A stretch of 64,000 bases of DNA, taken from Epithemia pelagica. Taxonomy: Eukaryota; Protista; Bacillariophyta. Each line of letters starts with the position of its first letter. Positions within the stretch are counted from its first letter, which is position 1. The position numbers and the translations under genes are program-made. Below are positions 12,541-24,700 of the stretch, one piece after another. Below the pieces are notes generated by a model. That model searched no databases. It was not told the origin of the DNA and saw only the letters and a program-made list of their open reading frames with translations. Location: assembly GCA_946965045.2 (NCBI GenBank), contig OX337241.1, positions 2,852,001 to 2,916,000 on the forward strand. The letters run 5' to 3'.

Positions 12541-13702
12541 ACAGATTTAGGCAACAATCTGAATGAGTGTCTCTCGAACTGTACAGCCCCAAGATGCGTC
12601 ATCCTGAGTCCAGATAATTCCATGGGACTTTCCTGTTTTGCCGAAGCAAGTTGTTCTCCACAAAATGGACAATTTCAGACGCTTGCTCGGCGGCAACATC
12701 AATGGTGTTTTTCGATCTTGGCTCCATGATGTTGTATTATTATTATTCCTTGAAACCAACGAATTTCTCATTCACACTTCTTCCATCTTTCTCTTGCTTG
12801 TGGATGCATGCATCTTACTCCTATTGTTTATGGTTTCGACTGAAGAATCACGTACCATGATGTCTTGTTGATTGCTGAGTTTTGGCATGATATTATTTAG
12901 CATGGTCACTCGGGTTTTTCGTAAAAAAGTAGCTCCAGATAGTTTCATGCCTGGAGGAAGATGGACAAAGGAATTGTGTGTTGAATAGGACAGCTTTCCT
13001 GACTACGCTGACGAGCAACGTTTCCCCGTAGAACGTACCCTCCTGACGAGATAAAGCTAGAAGACAATCATGCACTTGGTCTCTCCAATTTCAGAAAAGC
13101 AAGGTGCCAACATCTAACAGACACAATGGGAAATGGGAATGCTCTAGGAGTTGGCCTTGGCCGCCCGTAGGAGTAGACTCAAAAGACTTCTCTCCGACTT
13201 GGGGGAGTACCTAGGTAGCTAGCTAGAGAGACAAAGAAACTACTCCTACCCTACAGATAGGGTAGTGTCGGTAGTGCCTGGTACCAGTAAAACTCAAAGA
13301 TTCAAATAGACCAGTTAAAATTTGAAACCTGATCTTTCGTTCTGTAGGCCATTCCATGCCCAAACGCCTTCAGCCTCTCGGAAGAAAGAGGCTCCTAAAC
13401 TACGAATGGCCTTTCGGAAGGATCTTCCCATCGAGCAAGACTGTCGACTACCATCCCTATCATCACTCCAACCAACGCAACAAACAGAGTACTGCTATAA
13501 AAGCAGATATTCCAGAAACTTTGTAAAACAGCGAACTAAAGAAACGGAAACGAAAATGAATGCAACAACTCCTACAGGAAGGTTGATCTGTGGCATCGTG
13601 TACGCTCTCGGAAGCTCGACTATACCAAACATTCTATTTCTTATGAGAGCAAACGAGTGCTTCTGGGCTGAATTTCGGGAAGCCAAGATAGTTGATATGT
13701 TC

Positions 13703-13833
13703 CTTCCTCTTCCATCCAGTTACCCCATCGCTTTGTGGATCTCTGGATGACTTTCTGATTAGGGCTTCCTCTTCCATCCAGTTACCCATATCTCTTTGTG
13801 GATCTCTGGATGACTTTCTGATTAGGGCTTCCT
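13703..13833. repeat. 62-63 bp tandem duplication (about 2.1 copies)
   Basis: cttcctcttccatccagttacc...tggatctctggatgactttctgattaggg starts at 13703 and again at 13765. Confidence 0.9.
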
Positions 13834-14080
13834 TGGTACACAGGCAATCCCCTCTTGGACTTGGATCTATGCCTAGCGATAGATCCCATCCTGTGGAAGC
13901 GGCGTCTCCTAGCTCCAGTAGCGTTTAGGCCCATCCTTAGGCTCTACCTGTGGTTGCTCGATCGCCTTCGATTCCAGGCCTTTGGAGGCACGACGAGCAG
14001 ACGTGAGAAGCACGCAGATCGAAATAGATCCACCCAAAACTTTGCGGAATTCCCACTCGCTCGCTGCTCGCTCGTCTAAT

Positions 14081-15932
14081 ATGGTGAATCCACCGCCGGA
14101 AAAAAAGGCCAAGACCGAGAGCAACAACGACAGCAAAGACAAAGACGACGATAAGAAATCAACGGATCATATTAGTGCCATGTGGAAAAACGGATCGGCT
14201 CCTATTGTACCTGGTACGTGCTGGTGACGAATGCAGGTTGTGTGTGTTTGGAACCGGAGGAAGAAGAAATGGCCTGTCCAGACCACCCAAGATTCCAGTT
14301 TGGGACTGGTGCGGACGACGACGACGACAGCAGCAGCGACAAGACGACGACGACACACGATCCATGACCACCACTGCTTGGAAGAAGAATATAAGATTCT
14401 GGAACATGGAGGAGAGTTCCTACTAGCGTAGAGAACGGATTCTCGTCCCATTCGACCGGATCTGGTAGTGGGATGGCTCGTGGTGTCACAGTGTCAATCG
14501 TGAAACTGTCCTTCCTTATGTTCTGTACCAAGCATGGGCAGCAGAGGGATGTGGTCCTTGCGCTGCGAATGCTGTTGCTTGGCTTGTGAAAATGGTTACA
14601 TCTGGTTGGAACCATGTTGGACTCTCACACGCGCATTGTTTGGTTTGTCATTCTTCTTCTTGTCATGGATGCTGTCGTTGCCCTGGGTGTCTCTCGTATA
14701 TCATTCTCCTTGGCCTTATGACTCGTCTGCTACGATGACTCTACTACGACGATTCCTAATAACACACAGTCACGGTCTTGACGGGCTTTTTGGGGTCGGG
14801 CAAGACGACCTTGTTAAATCACATTTTGTCGGATACGACGCACGGGATGAAATTTGCCGTGGTTGAAAATGAATTTGGCGAAGTCGGAGTGGACGAAAAC
14901 ATTTTGACGGAACAAGCGGATGAAGAAGTGATTGAAGTCATGAATGGATGCATTTGTTGTACGGTGCGAGGTGATTTGGTGACGGCCCTGAAACGCTTGT
15001 ACAAGCGCGTTGACAAGTTTAATGGCGTCATTATTGAAACGACGGGTCTGGCCGATCCGGCCCCCGTCGTCCAAACCTTTTTCGTCGATGAAGAAATTTC
15101 CAAACAATACCGATTGGACAGTGTCATTACCGTCGTGGATGCCAAGTACATTTTGACCCGCTTGGCCGAAGAAAAACCCGAGGGTGTCGAAAATGAAGCG
15201 GTCGAACAAGTGTGTTTTGCCGACAAGATTTTGCTCAACAAGGTGGATTTGGCCAAGGATGAAGACGAGTTGAAAAAGATTGAAGCGGAAATCAAAAAGT
15301 TGAATCCGACGGCCTCCATTTTGCGAACTCAACAAAGCAAATTGGATCCCAAGGAACTCTTGAACCTTCAAGCCTTTGAATTGAAACGTGTCTTGGACTT
15401 TGATCCCGAATTTTTGCAAGAAAATCAAGAACATTTGCACGATTCGTCCGTTACGTCCGTGGCCGTCAAGGTGACGGGCAATGTCAATATTACCCTCTTG
15501 GAACGTTGGATTCAGCGCCTGATTCAAGAAGAGGGAGCCAACCTGTACCGGTACAAGGGTGTCTTGGCCGTCAAGGGCATGGATGAAAAGTTTGTCTTTC
15601 AAGGCGTCGGCATGATGTTTAATGGTGGTTTTCAACCCATGCTATGGAAGGAACCCGAAGAGAAGCGCGAAAGTCGGTTCATTTTTATTGGCAAACATTT
15701 GGACCATGAATTTTTGCGCATGGGTTTTCATGCCTGTTTGGTGGGCCACGAATTGCGCTTTGCCATTGGCGATGAGGTGGAAGCCAATGTCGGCAAATTT
15801 GTCAAGGGCAAGGTGTTGAAACAGTGGGATGAAGGCAATGCCTATCGCATTGAATTGCATGATGGATCCAACACCCAAGTCTGGGCCCCCGTGGATATTG
15901 ATGTGTACATTCGAAAACCGCTGTCGGCCTAG
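14081..15932 (+). CDS. COG0523/CobW-family G3E metallochaperone GTPase with CobW_C and an extra C-terminal SH3-like domain; exons 14081-14213 and 14770-15932
   Basis: Splicing GTACGT(14214)...CTAAT..CAG(14769) rebuilds IVPVTVLTGFLGSGKTT (Walker A). Also present: ENEFGEV, GCICCTVRGDL (CxCC metal motif), IETTGLADP, LNKVD (G4), LYRYKGVL..FVFQGV (CobW_C). Confidence 0.92.
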
Positions 15933-16879
15933 AAACAGACGGTTTCGTTGCGTTGGCGCCGTTTGGATGTCGTATTCCATCCCACAGTAGAGAAATTCTC
16001 CCAGAAGGAAGAAGAAGAAGAACAAGAAGACGAAGAGCATCCATGATATATATACACACAAGCGACTATGGATAGTTTTAGGATCACATATGGATAGAAA
16101 GCTTCGCACTCTCGTTGGGCCGTCTAATCTGTCGATCTGCCAAGAGATTCCGGATACTTTTAGGATAACTTGTGGATAGGAAGCTTTGCACTCTGGTTGG
16201 CCCGTCCATTTCCACGAGTCGCGATCGCAGAGATCCACAATGAATGTGTGGCGACTGGAGATGCTCGAAACTCAAGTGTCGCCCGGCGTCTGTACGCGAT
16301 GACAGACAGAAGGGTTTTGGTCGTGGTCCTTCGTTGAAAGTAATCGTGGTCCCGTTTACAGAATCTTGGTCTTGGTGAAAGAATCCGATCGGTTGAACCA
16401 AAATCTTGAGGAGACATCCTTCTTCGGATTGTTGGCCAATCTTGAGCGGTTCAAGTTTTATGGATTTCCCTTCCTTGTGTTGTTGCAATAGATCCAATCC
16501 TTTTACCATATCCTTTGTTGTGGTTTGTCCAAGAAAACACCAGGAGAGTGACTGCTTGATCGAGAAACTCCATCTATAGGAGAACGAGAGAACGAAAATT
16601 CAAGTCAGCCGAGAAACTGTGACACGGAATCTCAACGCTTGGACGAACCAACCTGGAAGCGTTGGAAACAACCAGACACAAATCGAAGTACCACAAAAAC
16701 ACCAAAGCTGGCGTTTACAGAAACAAGCAAACAAGCAATCGGTACAAACAATCGGTACCATTGACAACGTGCAAGCAGAAAAGCAGGATTTGGACAGTAA
16801 AGTTTGTCTTTTCGAAGCAAGAAGTGGTGTGAAGAGGGTACATTATACTGGTCATTCTCTTTGTTGGCCTCATTGAAAG

Positions 16880-17400
16880 ATGGACAACAAAGAGAATGAC
16901 CAGTATAATGTAACCATGGCAACTGAAGAGGCCTCATCCCCTGCCATCGCTTCCTCGCAGTCACCGATGGACACTCTCCTGGTAAAAATACAACGTATAG
17001 CCACCGATGTGTCCAAAATTCGAGAGGATATGGCCACCAAAGAAGAGTTGTCCAAAATTCGAGAGGAAATGACCAATATCCAAGACACGATGGCCACCCA
17101 GACCCAGAAACTGGACCGCCTTTTGGTGGCCACTCCTGCTGCTGCCATACCGGATGGCGATTTTGTTCTATCCCCGCCCCGAGGGGACTTTGCTGCGCCT
17201 TACACAGGGAGGTCGGTAGACGTTTTCGCTGGTGAAACACTGCTCGAGTGAAGACACAGACTATCGGTACTATGTAGTGAGCTGTGCCCATTGCGTACTA
17301 AGACAGTGGTTTTAACAAGGGCAAGCCGACGACAGTAATTGTGTGTTTCTTTCAGTGCCGAAGAAAATTGTTAATGTTGATCGACGAGTTGGCTAACACA
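16880..17400 (+). pseudogene. coiled-coil plus YVVSCAHC-motif gene fragment
   Basis: ORF 16880..17251 has heptad repeats (MATKEELSKIREEM). It continues after a +1 shift as EDTDYRYYVVSCAHCVLRQWF*. Further copies of the CAHC segment lie at 17395-17535 (-), 17531-17650 (+) and 18398-18548 (+). Confidence 0.5.
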
Positions 17401-17689
17401 AAGCCAACTCGTCGAGCAACATTCATAATTTTCTTCGGCACTGTAAGATACACAGAATCGGTAGTCTCGTCGGCTTCACCTTCGTAAAACCATTGCCGCA
17501 GTACGCAATGGGCACAGCTCACTAGATAGTAGCTGTATGCTGTGCACACTGCTTACTGTGGCACTGGTTTGAGGAAGTGGAAACTGACGACAACACTGCC
17601 AATTCGTTGATTCTGCAGGTGCCGGAGCAAATTGTGCATGTTGCGCATGACCAACTCCGGCGAGACTTTCGCATTCAAAATCAACCTGG

Positions 17690-18030
17690 ACGGAGTTTGT
17701 CCACTTTGAAACAGTGAGATGAAGGCCATGCATTGAATTGCAAGATGGATCCAAGACCCAAGTCTGGGCCCCCGTGGTTATTGATGTGTACATTTGAAAA
17801 CCGCTGGCGGCCAAGAAAAAGACAGTTTCGTTGCATTGGCGCCGTTTGAATGTGGTATTCCAATGCCAGTAGAGACATTTCCCATCGTGCCTTGTGTTGT
17901 TGCAATAGATCCAATCCTTTTACCATACCCTTTGTTGTGGTTTGTCTAAGAAAACACCAAGACAGAGTGACTGCTTGATACTGTGACACGGAATCTCAAC
18001 GCTTGGACAAACCAACCTGGAAGCGTTGGA
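17690..18030 (+). repeat. degenerate copy 2 of the [CobW 3' end + bZIP upstream] segment
   Basis: 17692-17882 resembles 15800-15995 (caagtctgggcccccgtg..gatgtgtacatt.gaaaaccgct). 17888-18025 resembles 16475-16665 and 19515-19710. Confidence 0.85.
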
Positions 18031-18033
18031 GTC

Positions 18034-18326
18034 TGTTGTTCCCGTGCCACAAAAAATCATTCACATTGAAAAATGGACGAAAAAGAGAATGGTCCGTCGA
18101 ACGTAAACGAGAAGGATGATACTCCATTCCTGATGGTCGTGTATATTTTGCGGTATTGTGCACGTGCAAGCAGAAAAGCAGGATTTGGTCCCATGCCACA
18201 AAAACCATTCACATTGAAAAATGGACGATAAAGAACCTGAAAATGGACGATAAAGAACGATAAAGAACCAAGGTTCTTTATCGTCCATTTTTCAATGTGA
18301 ATGGTTTTTGTGGCACGGGAACAACA
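18034..18326. repeat. nested inverted repeats / fold-back structure
   Basis: Perfect 45-bp inverted repeat 18194-18238 / 18271-18315, with a 32-nt spacer made of copies of the arm tip. An outer arm at 18034-18080 also pairs with 18280-18326. Confidence 0.85.
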
Positions 18327-18587
18327 AACCTGGATCGCAAACCACTTCGTGCTTCGAAAAGACAAACTTTACTGATTCCCCCCGGCCTTGTCCAAATCTA
18401 TGTAGTGAGCTGTGCACACTGTGTACTACGACACTGGTTTGAGGAAGCGGAAATCGACGACAACACTGCCAATTCTTTGTTTCTGCAGGTGCCGGAGCAA
18501 ATTGCGCATGTTGTTCCACGAGTTGGTTTTGTTTTATGGCGAAGATGACAAACTCCGAGACTTGTCGCATTCAAAATCGACCTGGAC

Positions 18588-19710
18588 GGAGTTTGTCCAG
18601 GGCACGGTGTTGAAACAGTGGGATGAAGGCAATGCCTATCGCATTGAATTGCAAAGTGGATCCAAGACTCAAGTCTAGGCCCCCGTGGATATTGATGTGT
18701 ACATTCGAAAACCGCTGGCGGCCTAATCGGTGCTAGAAAAAGACGGTTTCGTTGCGTTTGTGCCGTTTGGATGTGGTATGCCATGCCACAGTAGACACAT
18801 CTCCCAGAAGGACGAAGAAGAACAAGATTACGATCTATGATATATACACACGAGAGAGACTCTATGGATATACTTTTAGGATAACTTATGGATAGAAAAC
18901 TTGGCGCTCTCTCGTTTGGCTGTTTCCAAGTCTATGTTAGAGATCCACATTATTGTGTGGTGGTGGGTTGCTCCAGACAGAACAAGACGATCCATGACAA
19001 TTGCACCAGAGAGACTCCCTATGGAGAGATACTTTTAGGCCAACTCTTGGATAGGATCGTTTGGCAGACTCGACACTCGATTATCCAGCCCCCGTGTCCC
19101 GTGTATGTGCGTGCTCGACAGGATGCGTGACCGACAGACGGTACTTGGTCTTGGTCAGTGGTCTTGGTCCCGTTTACAGAATCTTGGTCTTGGTGAAAGA
19201 ATCCGATCGGTTGAACCAAAATCTTGAGGATCCTTCGGATTGATGGCCAAGCTTGAGCGGCTGAAGTTTTGTCTGATCCATTTATTTTCAAAAACATGTA
19301 TCGATCGCGGACGCGGAGAATTGAAATTCTGGACCGCACAACAAGATTTTCGCCTTGCTCGGTTGCACCAACCGGATCCATCATCCATCAAAACTTGGAC
19401 TGTGCCACAAAGAGAGGGAGAAGTCGACAAGACTGACGTACATTCTTCACTTTCGCCTCGCACTGTTTCGTGGTGAAGGATTTCCCGTTTGCTTCTTGGA
19501 ACCATTCTTTCCTGGTGTTGTTGCAATAGATCCAATCCATCCTTCTCTTGGTACCATCCTTTGTTGTGGTTTGAATACACCAAGAGAGAGTGACTGCTCA
19601 ATTGCCAGAGTCATTCTACAGGAGAACGAGAACGAACTAGCCTCATTCAAGTCAGCCTACCTCGAACGAGAAACTGTTACACGGAATATCAACGCTTGGA
19701 CGAACCAACC
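18588..19710 (+). repeat. degenerate copy 3 of the [CobW 3' end + intergenic + bZIP upstream] segment, running into the real bZIP gene
   Basis: 18590-18725 encodes FVQGTVLKQWDEGNAYRIELQSGSKTQV*APVDIDVYIRKPLAA (TGG to TAG). 19170-19232 matches 16350-16412. Confidence 0.85.
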
Positions 19711-19719
19711 AACGTGAAA

Positions 19720-20877
19720 ATGGTGCAAGTAAAAAGCGAAGACGAACAAGAAACACCAACGGCCGTTGCCTCCTCGAATGTTACAGTAGAGAAGCGCAAA
19801 CGTGGCGCCGAAGAAGAGGAATCCAACGAGACAACTGCCAGTGTGGTTGGTCATGACAGTAGTCCACCGACTAGTAGTCCTAGCAAACGGGCTCGGTGTG
19901 AGTCGTCCTTGTCCAACGACGTGACGGAAGATGACGACGACGATACCGATGAATGTGCCCGCACGGCTCAACAAGTGGTGGATGCCGCCTTGGAAACCAC
20001 ACCCCTCTCCTTGATTGTCGTGGAGCAATGGAACCTGCCCGTAGTGTCGACGACCACATCGTCACCACGAGGCCCGTCCAACGCTCCGACAAGCACAACG
20101 ACGACCACGACGACAAACACTCCAATTGTGGAACCCTCGTCTTCTGCCAGCCTCAAGAATTCGGACGTCTCCTTGGTGGTGACCCCCGTCGAGTCGTCGT
20201 CGTTGACAACGACCACGACGACCGACTCCTCCAAGCCCGTCCGTCGTCGGTCTACCACTCGTCGAACCACCACGACCACCACCAAGTCGTCGTCGTCGTC
20301 CTCCAACAACAACGCGAACAGCGGCCATCAACGTCGGTACGAACCGACCGTCCCCATGAGCAAGGAAGAATTGAAACAATGGCGGTTGCAGGCTCGACGG
20401 GTCCGCAATCGCGAATCGGCCGCCGCCTCCCGCCTCAAGACACGACAGCGCATTACCGAACTCGAACAGCAAGTCGCTCAGTTGCAACAAGCCTTGGAAC
20501 AGGCGCAGGATCGCATTGCGCAATTGTCAACAAACTCCAAGGAAGTTGTCGTCGTGACCACGGATGAATCGGTCGCCACGGCGACGACGACGACGACGGA
20601 TGCCTTGTCCGTGTCGTCGTCGTCGACGCAGTCTCCTCCGACACCCATTTCCTCGTCTCCGGTTGTACTCGTGTCTCCCGTTCCCGTTTCGCCCAAGTCC
20701 TGCACGGTTCCCGAAGAATCCCTGTCCTCGTCCTGTTCCCTTTCGTCGTCGTCGTCCGACGTGCCCCCCAAGACAATGTCTGTTGTTGCTACTGTTGCCA
20801 CGAGTGGTTCCACCACCACCACAACACCTTGTCCGGTGGTTGTACCTAATGTGATTTCTCGACCCACTGCCGTTTGA
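19720..20877 (+). CDS. bZIP transcription factor
   Basis: Basic region ARRVRNRESAAASRLKTRQR followed by the zipper ITELEQQVAQLQQALEQAQDRIAQL, with S/T-rich flanks. ATG at 19720. A possible further exon lies at 20952-21355. Confidence 0.88.
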   Translation: MVQVKSEDEQETPTAVASSNVTVEKRKRGAEEEESNETTASVVGHDSSPPTSSPSKRARCESSLSNDVTEDDDDDTDECARTAQQVVDAALETTPLSLIVVEQWNLPVVSTTTSSPRGPSNAPTSTTTTTTTNTPIVEPSSSASLKNSDVSLVVTPVESSSLTTTTTTDSSKPVRRRSTTRRTTTTTTKSSSSSSNNNANSGHQRRYEPTVPMSKEELKQWRLQARRVRNRESAAASRLKTRQRITELEQQVAQLQQALEQAQDRIAQLSTNSKEVVVVTTDESVATATTTTTDALSVSSSSTQSPPTPISSSPVVLVSPVPVSPKSCTVPEESLSSSCSLSSSSSDVPPKTMSVVATVATSGSTTTTTPCPVVVPNVISRPTAV

Positions 20878-20951
20878 GTCTCGGATCCAACCCCATATGG
20901 GCTGCAGTTTTTTTTTGTCCAAAAAAAACTCCCCACTAATCAATTTTCCAG

Positions 20952-21355
20952 CCGCGAAAATTCACCCCTCTTGTACAACCACCCCTGTTGTGGTGGAGAC
21001 ACGCTCGGCAACAACAACAACCAGCAAGACGACAAACACGACGACGACAACGACAAGTTTGGGAACGGACGACACTACCAAGAGCACCACCACCAAGATG
21101 GAATCCAGTGACGTTGCCGCCACGACGGAACCCAGTGTTGCCATGGCAGCTCCTCCCATGGTAGTATCGAGTTCGGACGAATCCAAAGAATTGTCGTCCT
21201 CGGACGAAGAGGACGAAGACGAGAACGACAAGAATGTTGTCTTGTCGTCGTCGTCGAGCAACAAGCGAGCTGACGACATATTGGAATTGGATTGCTTTTT
21301 GCAAGAAGCCTTTACGGACCACCAAGATTCCTTGTTGAAACATCTTCCCGTGTAA
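20952..21355 (+). CDS. probable terminal exon (acidic tail) of the bZIP gene, or a short downstream ORF
   Basis: Preceded by branch point CTAAT (20936) and acceptor TTCCAG (20951). Codon and amino-acid style match exon 1; it ends ..DEEDEDE..LELDCFLQEAF..LPV*. Confidence 0.5.
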
Positions 21356-21748
21356 CTACTGCATTCGGTTGATGTTGCATACAGGCGTTTGTTCTGTAAA
21401 GCGCAAACATAATGTGTGTGCCCCAAACGATTTTGTGTAGGTGTACATCAAACGTACATGTATGGATGCACAAAAGGATGGAATATGTAAGTCGGTTCCC
21501 ATATAGTTAGTGTCATTGTTATATGCCTGTTGTAGCGTCCTTAGGAATGCACAATCCTTGGGATATTCTCGGAAGGTTCCTAGTGTTCGTGCCATGGTAA
21601 TGATGATGATGATGATCCTTTCTATACAAAATGCTTCACTACATGAAATCCGTAGCGATTTCCTCGTGACTTCCTATATCCAAATATCATTTTGCCATAA
21701 TTCCCGATACAACAACGAGAACTTGATACGAAACAAACCACTTGTCCG

Positions 21749-24700
21749 TTACACCATGCGTTCCAGACATTGTCGTAACACTTGGAGTGATAGTGTGGAC
21801 TCTTCCTCCCCTTGCTGCGGTGCCACGAGCGTTGCCAAATTGGGACCGGCCAAACTCGATTCCTGATAGACAGCCAGAATATCGGAATAAAAGCTGGCAT
21901 CGCGGGTCGTACGCGCCGTTTCCAAACACGACACATATGCATCGCGTGTGGCATGAACGACTCGTTTGCACCCTTCCAGGACGGCCACATGTTGCGGCGC
22001 AAGTTTTTTGCGCGGCTTGTTGTCGTCGTCATCATTGTCGCTGCTGGGTACCGAAAGAAGAATGGCTCGAACTCGTTCGAGAAACAGTTGAATCAAGGGT
22101 GTCGCAAAGGTCACAAAGGATTCCGCGTTGCGCACATCACGCGATTTGCCTTGATCCGGCGCAGTGTTTGTGGCATTGTCGTCATTGGTGTCTCGTGCCG
22201 CCGCCGCGAGACCAATATGACCATAATCCGAAACAACCGGGAATAGTCGAGACCCACTAATTTGCATGGCGGCCTCACATACTTCCCAACACCATCCTCG
22301 AAGTTGCACTTCCATCAGATGCTGAAACGAAAACGTGTCTCGGGTTTCTGTTTCCGTGCTGCTGCTGCTGCCAGTCGTGCTCCAGCGCAACAACCCCATG
22401 GGACTCAGAATGGATTCCTCCAGCAATCGCTTTGTAACTGTGATCCACGCTGTCCGCGAATAGGACAAGCAACATTCTGAAAGAAGGTCCAAAAAGATAC
22501 ATTCACACTCCAATGCCAGTTCCTTCTTCTTTTCATCATTGCTTTCTCCTCCTTCTTGTTGTTGTTGTGTTTCTTGGGCCACAACGCCTTCAATCAATGC
22601 TCGATATTTACGAATGGCATTCAAAACTTGGGCCAGTGCATCTGTGGTTTCGTTTTCCATCATGGAAAGGTCTTGATCCATGGCGTCCGCATTTGGTTGC
22701 GACTTTTCCAACAAGAGTATCCGCAAGTCGCCTCGCTCTCCATACAAGGGAATCCACAACGCACGAATCAAGGCTTTGGTTCGCCAGAATGTGGCATTCG
22801 CCGACGGCGTTTCGGTCATACTAGCTTCTTCCTGAAGAGCCGATTGAAAGGATTCTTTAAGTTCGTCGGTCCCCATATACTGTAAAATCGAGAACGGATC
22901 TTCCTCCATGCCCCATATTCGACGACCCAAATCTTGCTTCAACGTGTCCAAGAATTTCCGACTCGCACCTTCCGGTTCTGCTTGTTCGGAATCGGGAGGA
23001 ATCATGGTCTCTATCAATGCGTGCGGCAAATGAGATACCATGTCCGAAATGGTATCGGGACTGGCATGTTCCAGAACCAGGGCCAAACTTTCTCGCACAA
23101 AGGCTCCTCGACTATTGGCCCACACCGACGATGATCCACCGCCTACAAATACAAAGGACTGCCAATGGGTCCAATAATCCGCCGGCCATTGATAATTGGA
23201 ATGAATCAGGTGAAAGGAAAACCATTGACACAGATTGTAGCGCGCCGTGGGCGTCAAGGTGGGCATGTAATCTTCCACCAAGGTGGCCACTCCCAGGACG
23301 GTGGCGGCGGTCATGGCCGCCGGTTCCACCTTGATCAATTCCAACAAGATGCGCGAGAGATAGGTCACATCCAAAATCGATTCCGTCCAAATGGTTCCCG
23401 ATTGTACAATCAAGGATAAAATGACTTCCACAACGACAAATTCCAAGCCAATAGCAGCCGTTGGTGCGGATGTGGTTTCTTTGTCCGCAGTGGCCGTTGC
23501 GTCTGCCGGTTCTCCTTCTTCTTGTTTCATTGGGTTTTGCTTCGTCGGTTCCGTGTCACTGTCCAAGACAAAGTGTCGCAAGGACCAGACTTGTTCGGCG
23601 ACCGCTTTGAGGGTTCCCCGTTCCACACCGACAGGACTGACCTTGGGTTCATGACACAGTAAACAATCTCGAACCGCTTGTCCCAAAAAGTACCGATCCA
23701 CCTGACCAAAGGTTTTGCGATACAGTCGGAGTCGTTCATTGTCGTGTTCTTCTTCCTCCTCTTCATCATCTTCTTCCTCTTCTCCGTCATCAGTCGGGGG
23801 CGATCCAAAAATGGGCAATCGACCGACCACCACACCTTGCAACGGATGACGGGACGCCAAGGACCAGGTCCGCCACGTGGGTGGTGCCTCGGACGACGAC
23901 GACAAGGCGGCCGGTCCTCCCAACAAGAGCGTCAAGGCGCGACAGTGGGAAAAGAAATGGAGCATCAAGGGGGGTTCGGTATAGACCACGGCCTCCGTGG
24001 TGGATGGCTTGTTGTTGTTGGTATTCATGGTGGAATCGTTTGGTTCTTCTTTGGGGATTGATTCGCCGTCTTGGGACGGCGCCTCGTCCATGGTTGCATC
24101 CTTATTGTTGTTGTTGTTGTTGTTATTGTTGGACGAGGGCATGACATTCCAGGGATCGTCGGTAAAGAGTGACACACGACTCGGGTAGGGTGTCATCGTG
24201 GAAAGCGTGTGAAGGCAGGTTTGCAATTCTTGCAAACTATCGCACAAGGGACGGGCCGCGTCATCCTCGTCGTCGTCCATTTCGTCCTCTTCTTCCTCCT
24301 CTTCTTCTGCTTCAGTATCCTCTGCCTTGACGGTGCCCGTTGGTTTGGCATCGTCTTGTTCGTATGGCAACAAAATGGCTTGGGATCCAATTCCGGGTTC
24401 AAAGACGGACGAGGAGTGCGGCGCATGATTCAGGAAGGACGACGACAAGTTGTGCAAGGGTTGTACCAAGTCGTGCTGAATTCGAACGGCCGAGACGGTT
24501 TGGGGTGCGCCTCCTGTCAGCAGGAGATAGGGGAGGGTAGACTGAACGACATGGGCCAGAATGTGGGCCAGATTCGAGTCTATCGTGGTAGTGGTACTAC
24601 TGCCCAGGGATGGCGGCGTCGATTGCCCCACACACGTGGCGGCTTGCACGAGGACCTGCAGCAATTCCACAAGGGTGAGCGCGGATTGATTCGTGGCCGC

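Noticed and set aside
13322-13750. 142-aa ORF upstream of the CobW gene
   Set aside because: Non-ATG start, ends in a tandem duplication and has no recognisable motif.
14814-15635. 273-aa antisense ORF (also 14819..15319)
   Set aside because: Antisense shadow of the CobW coding sequence, caused by codon bias.
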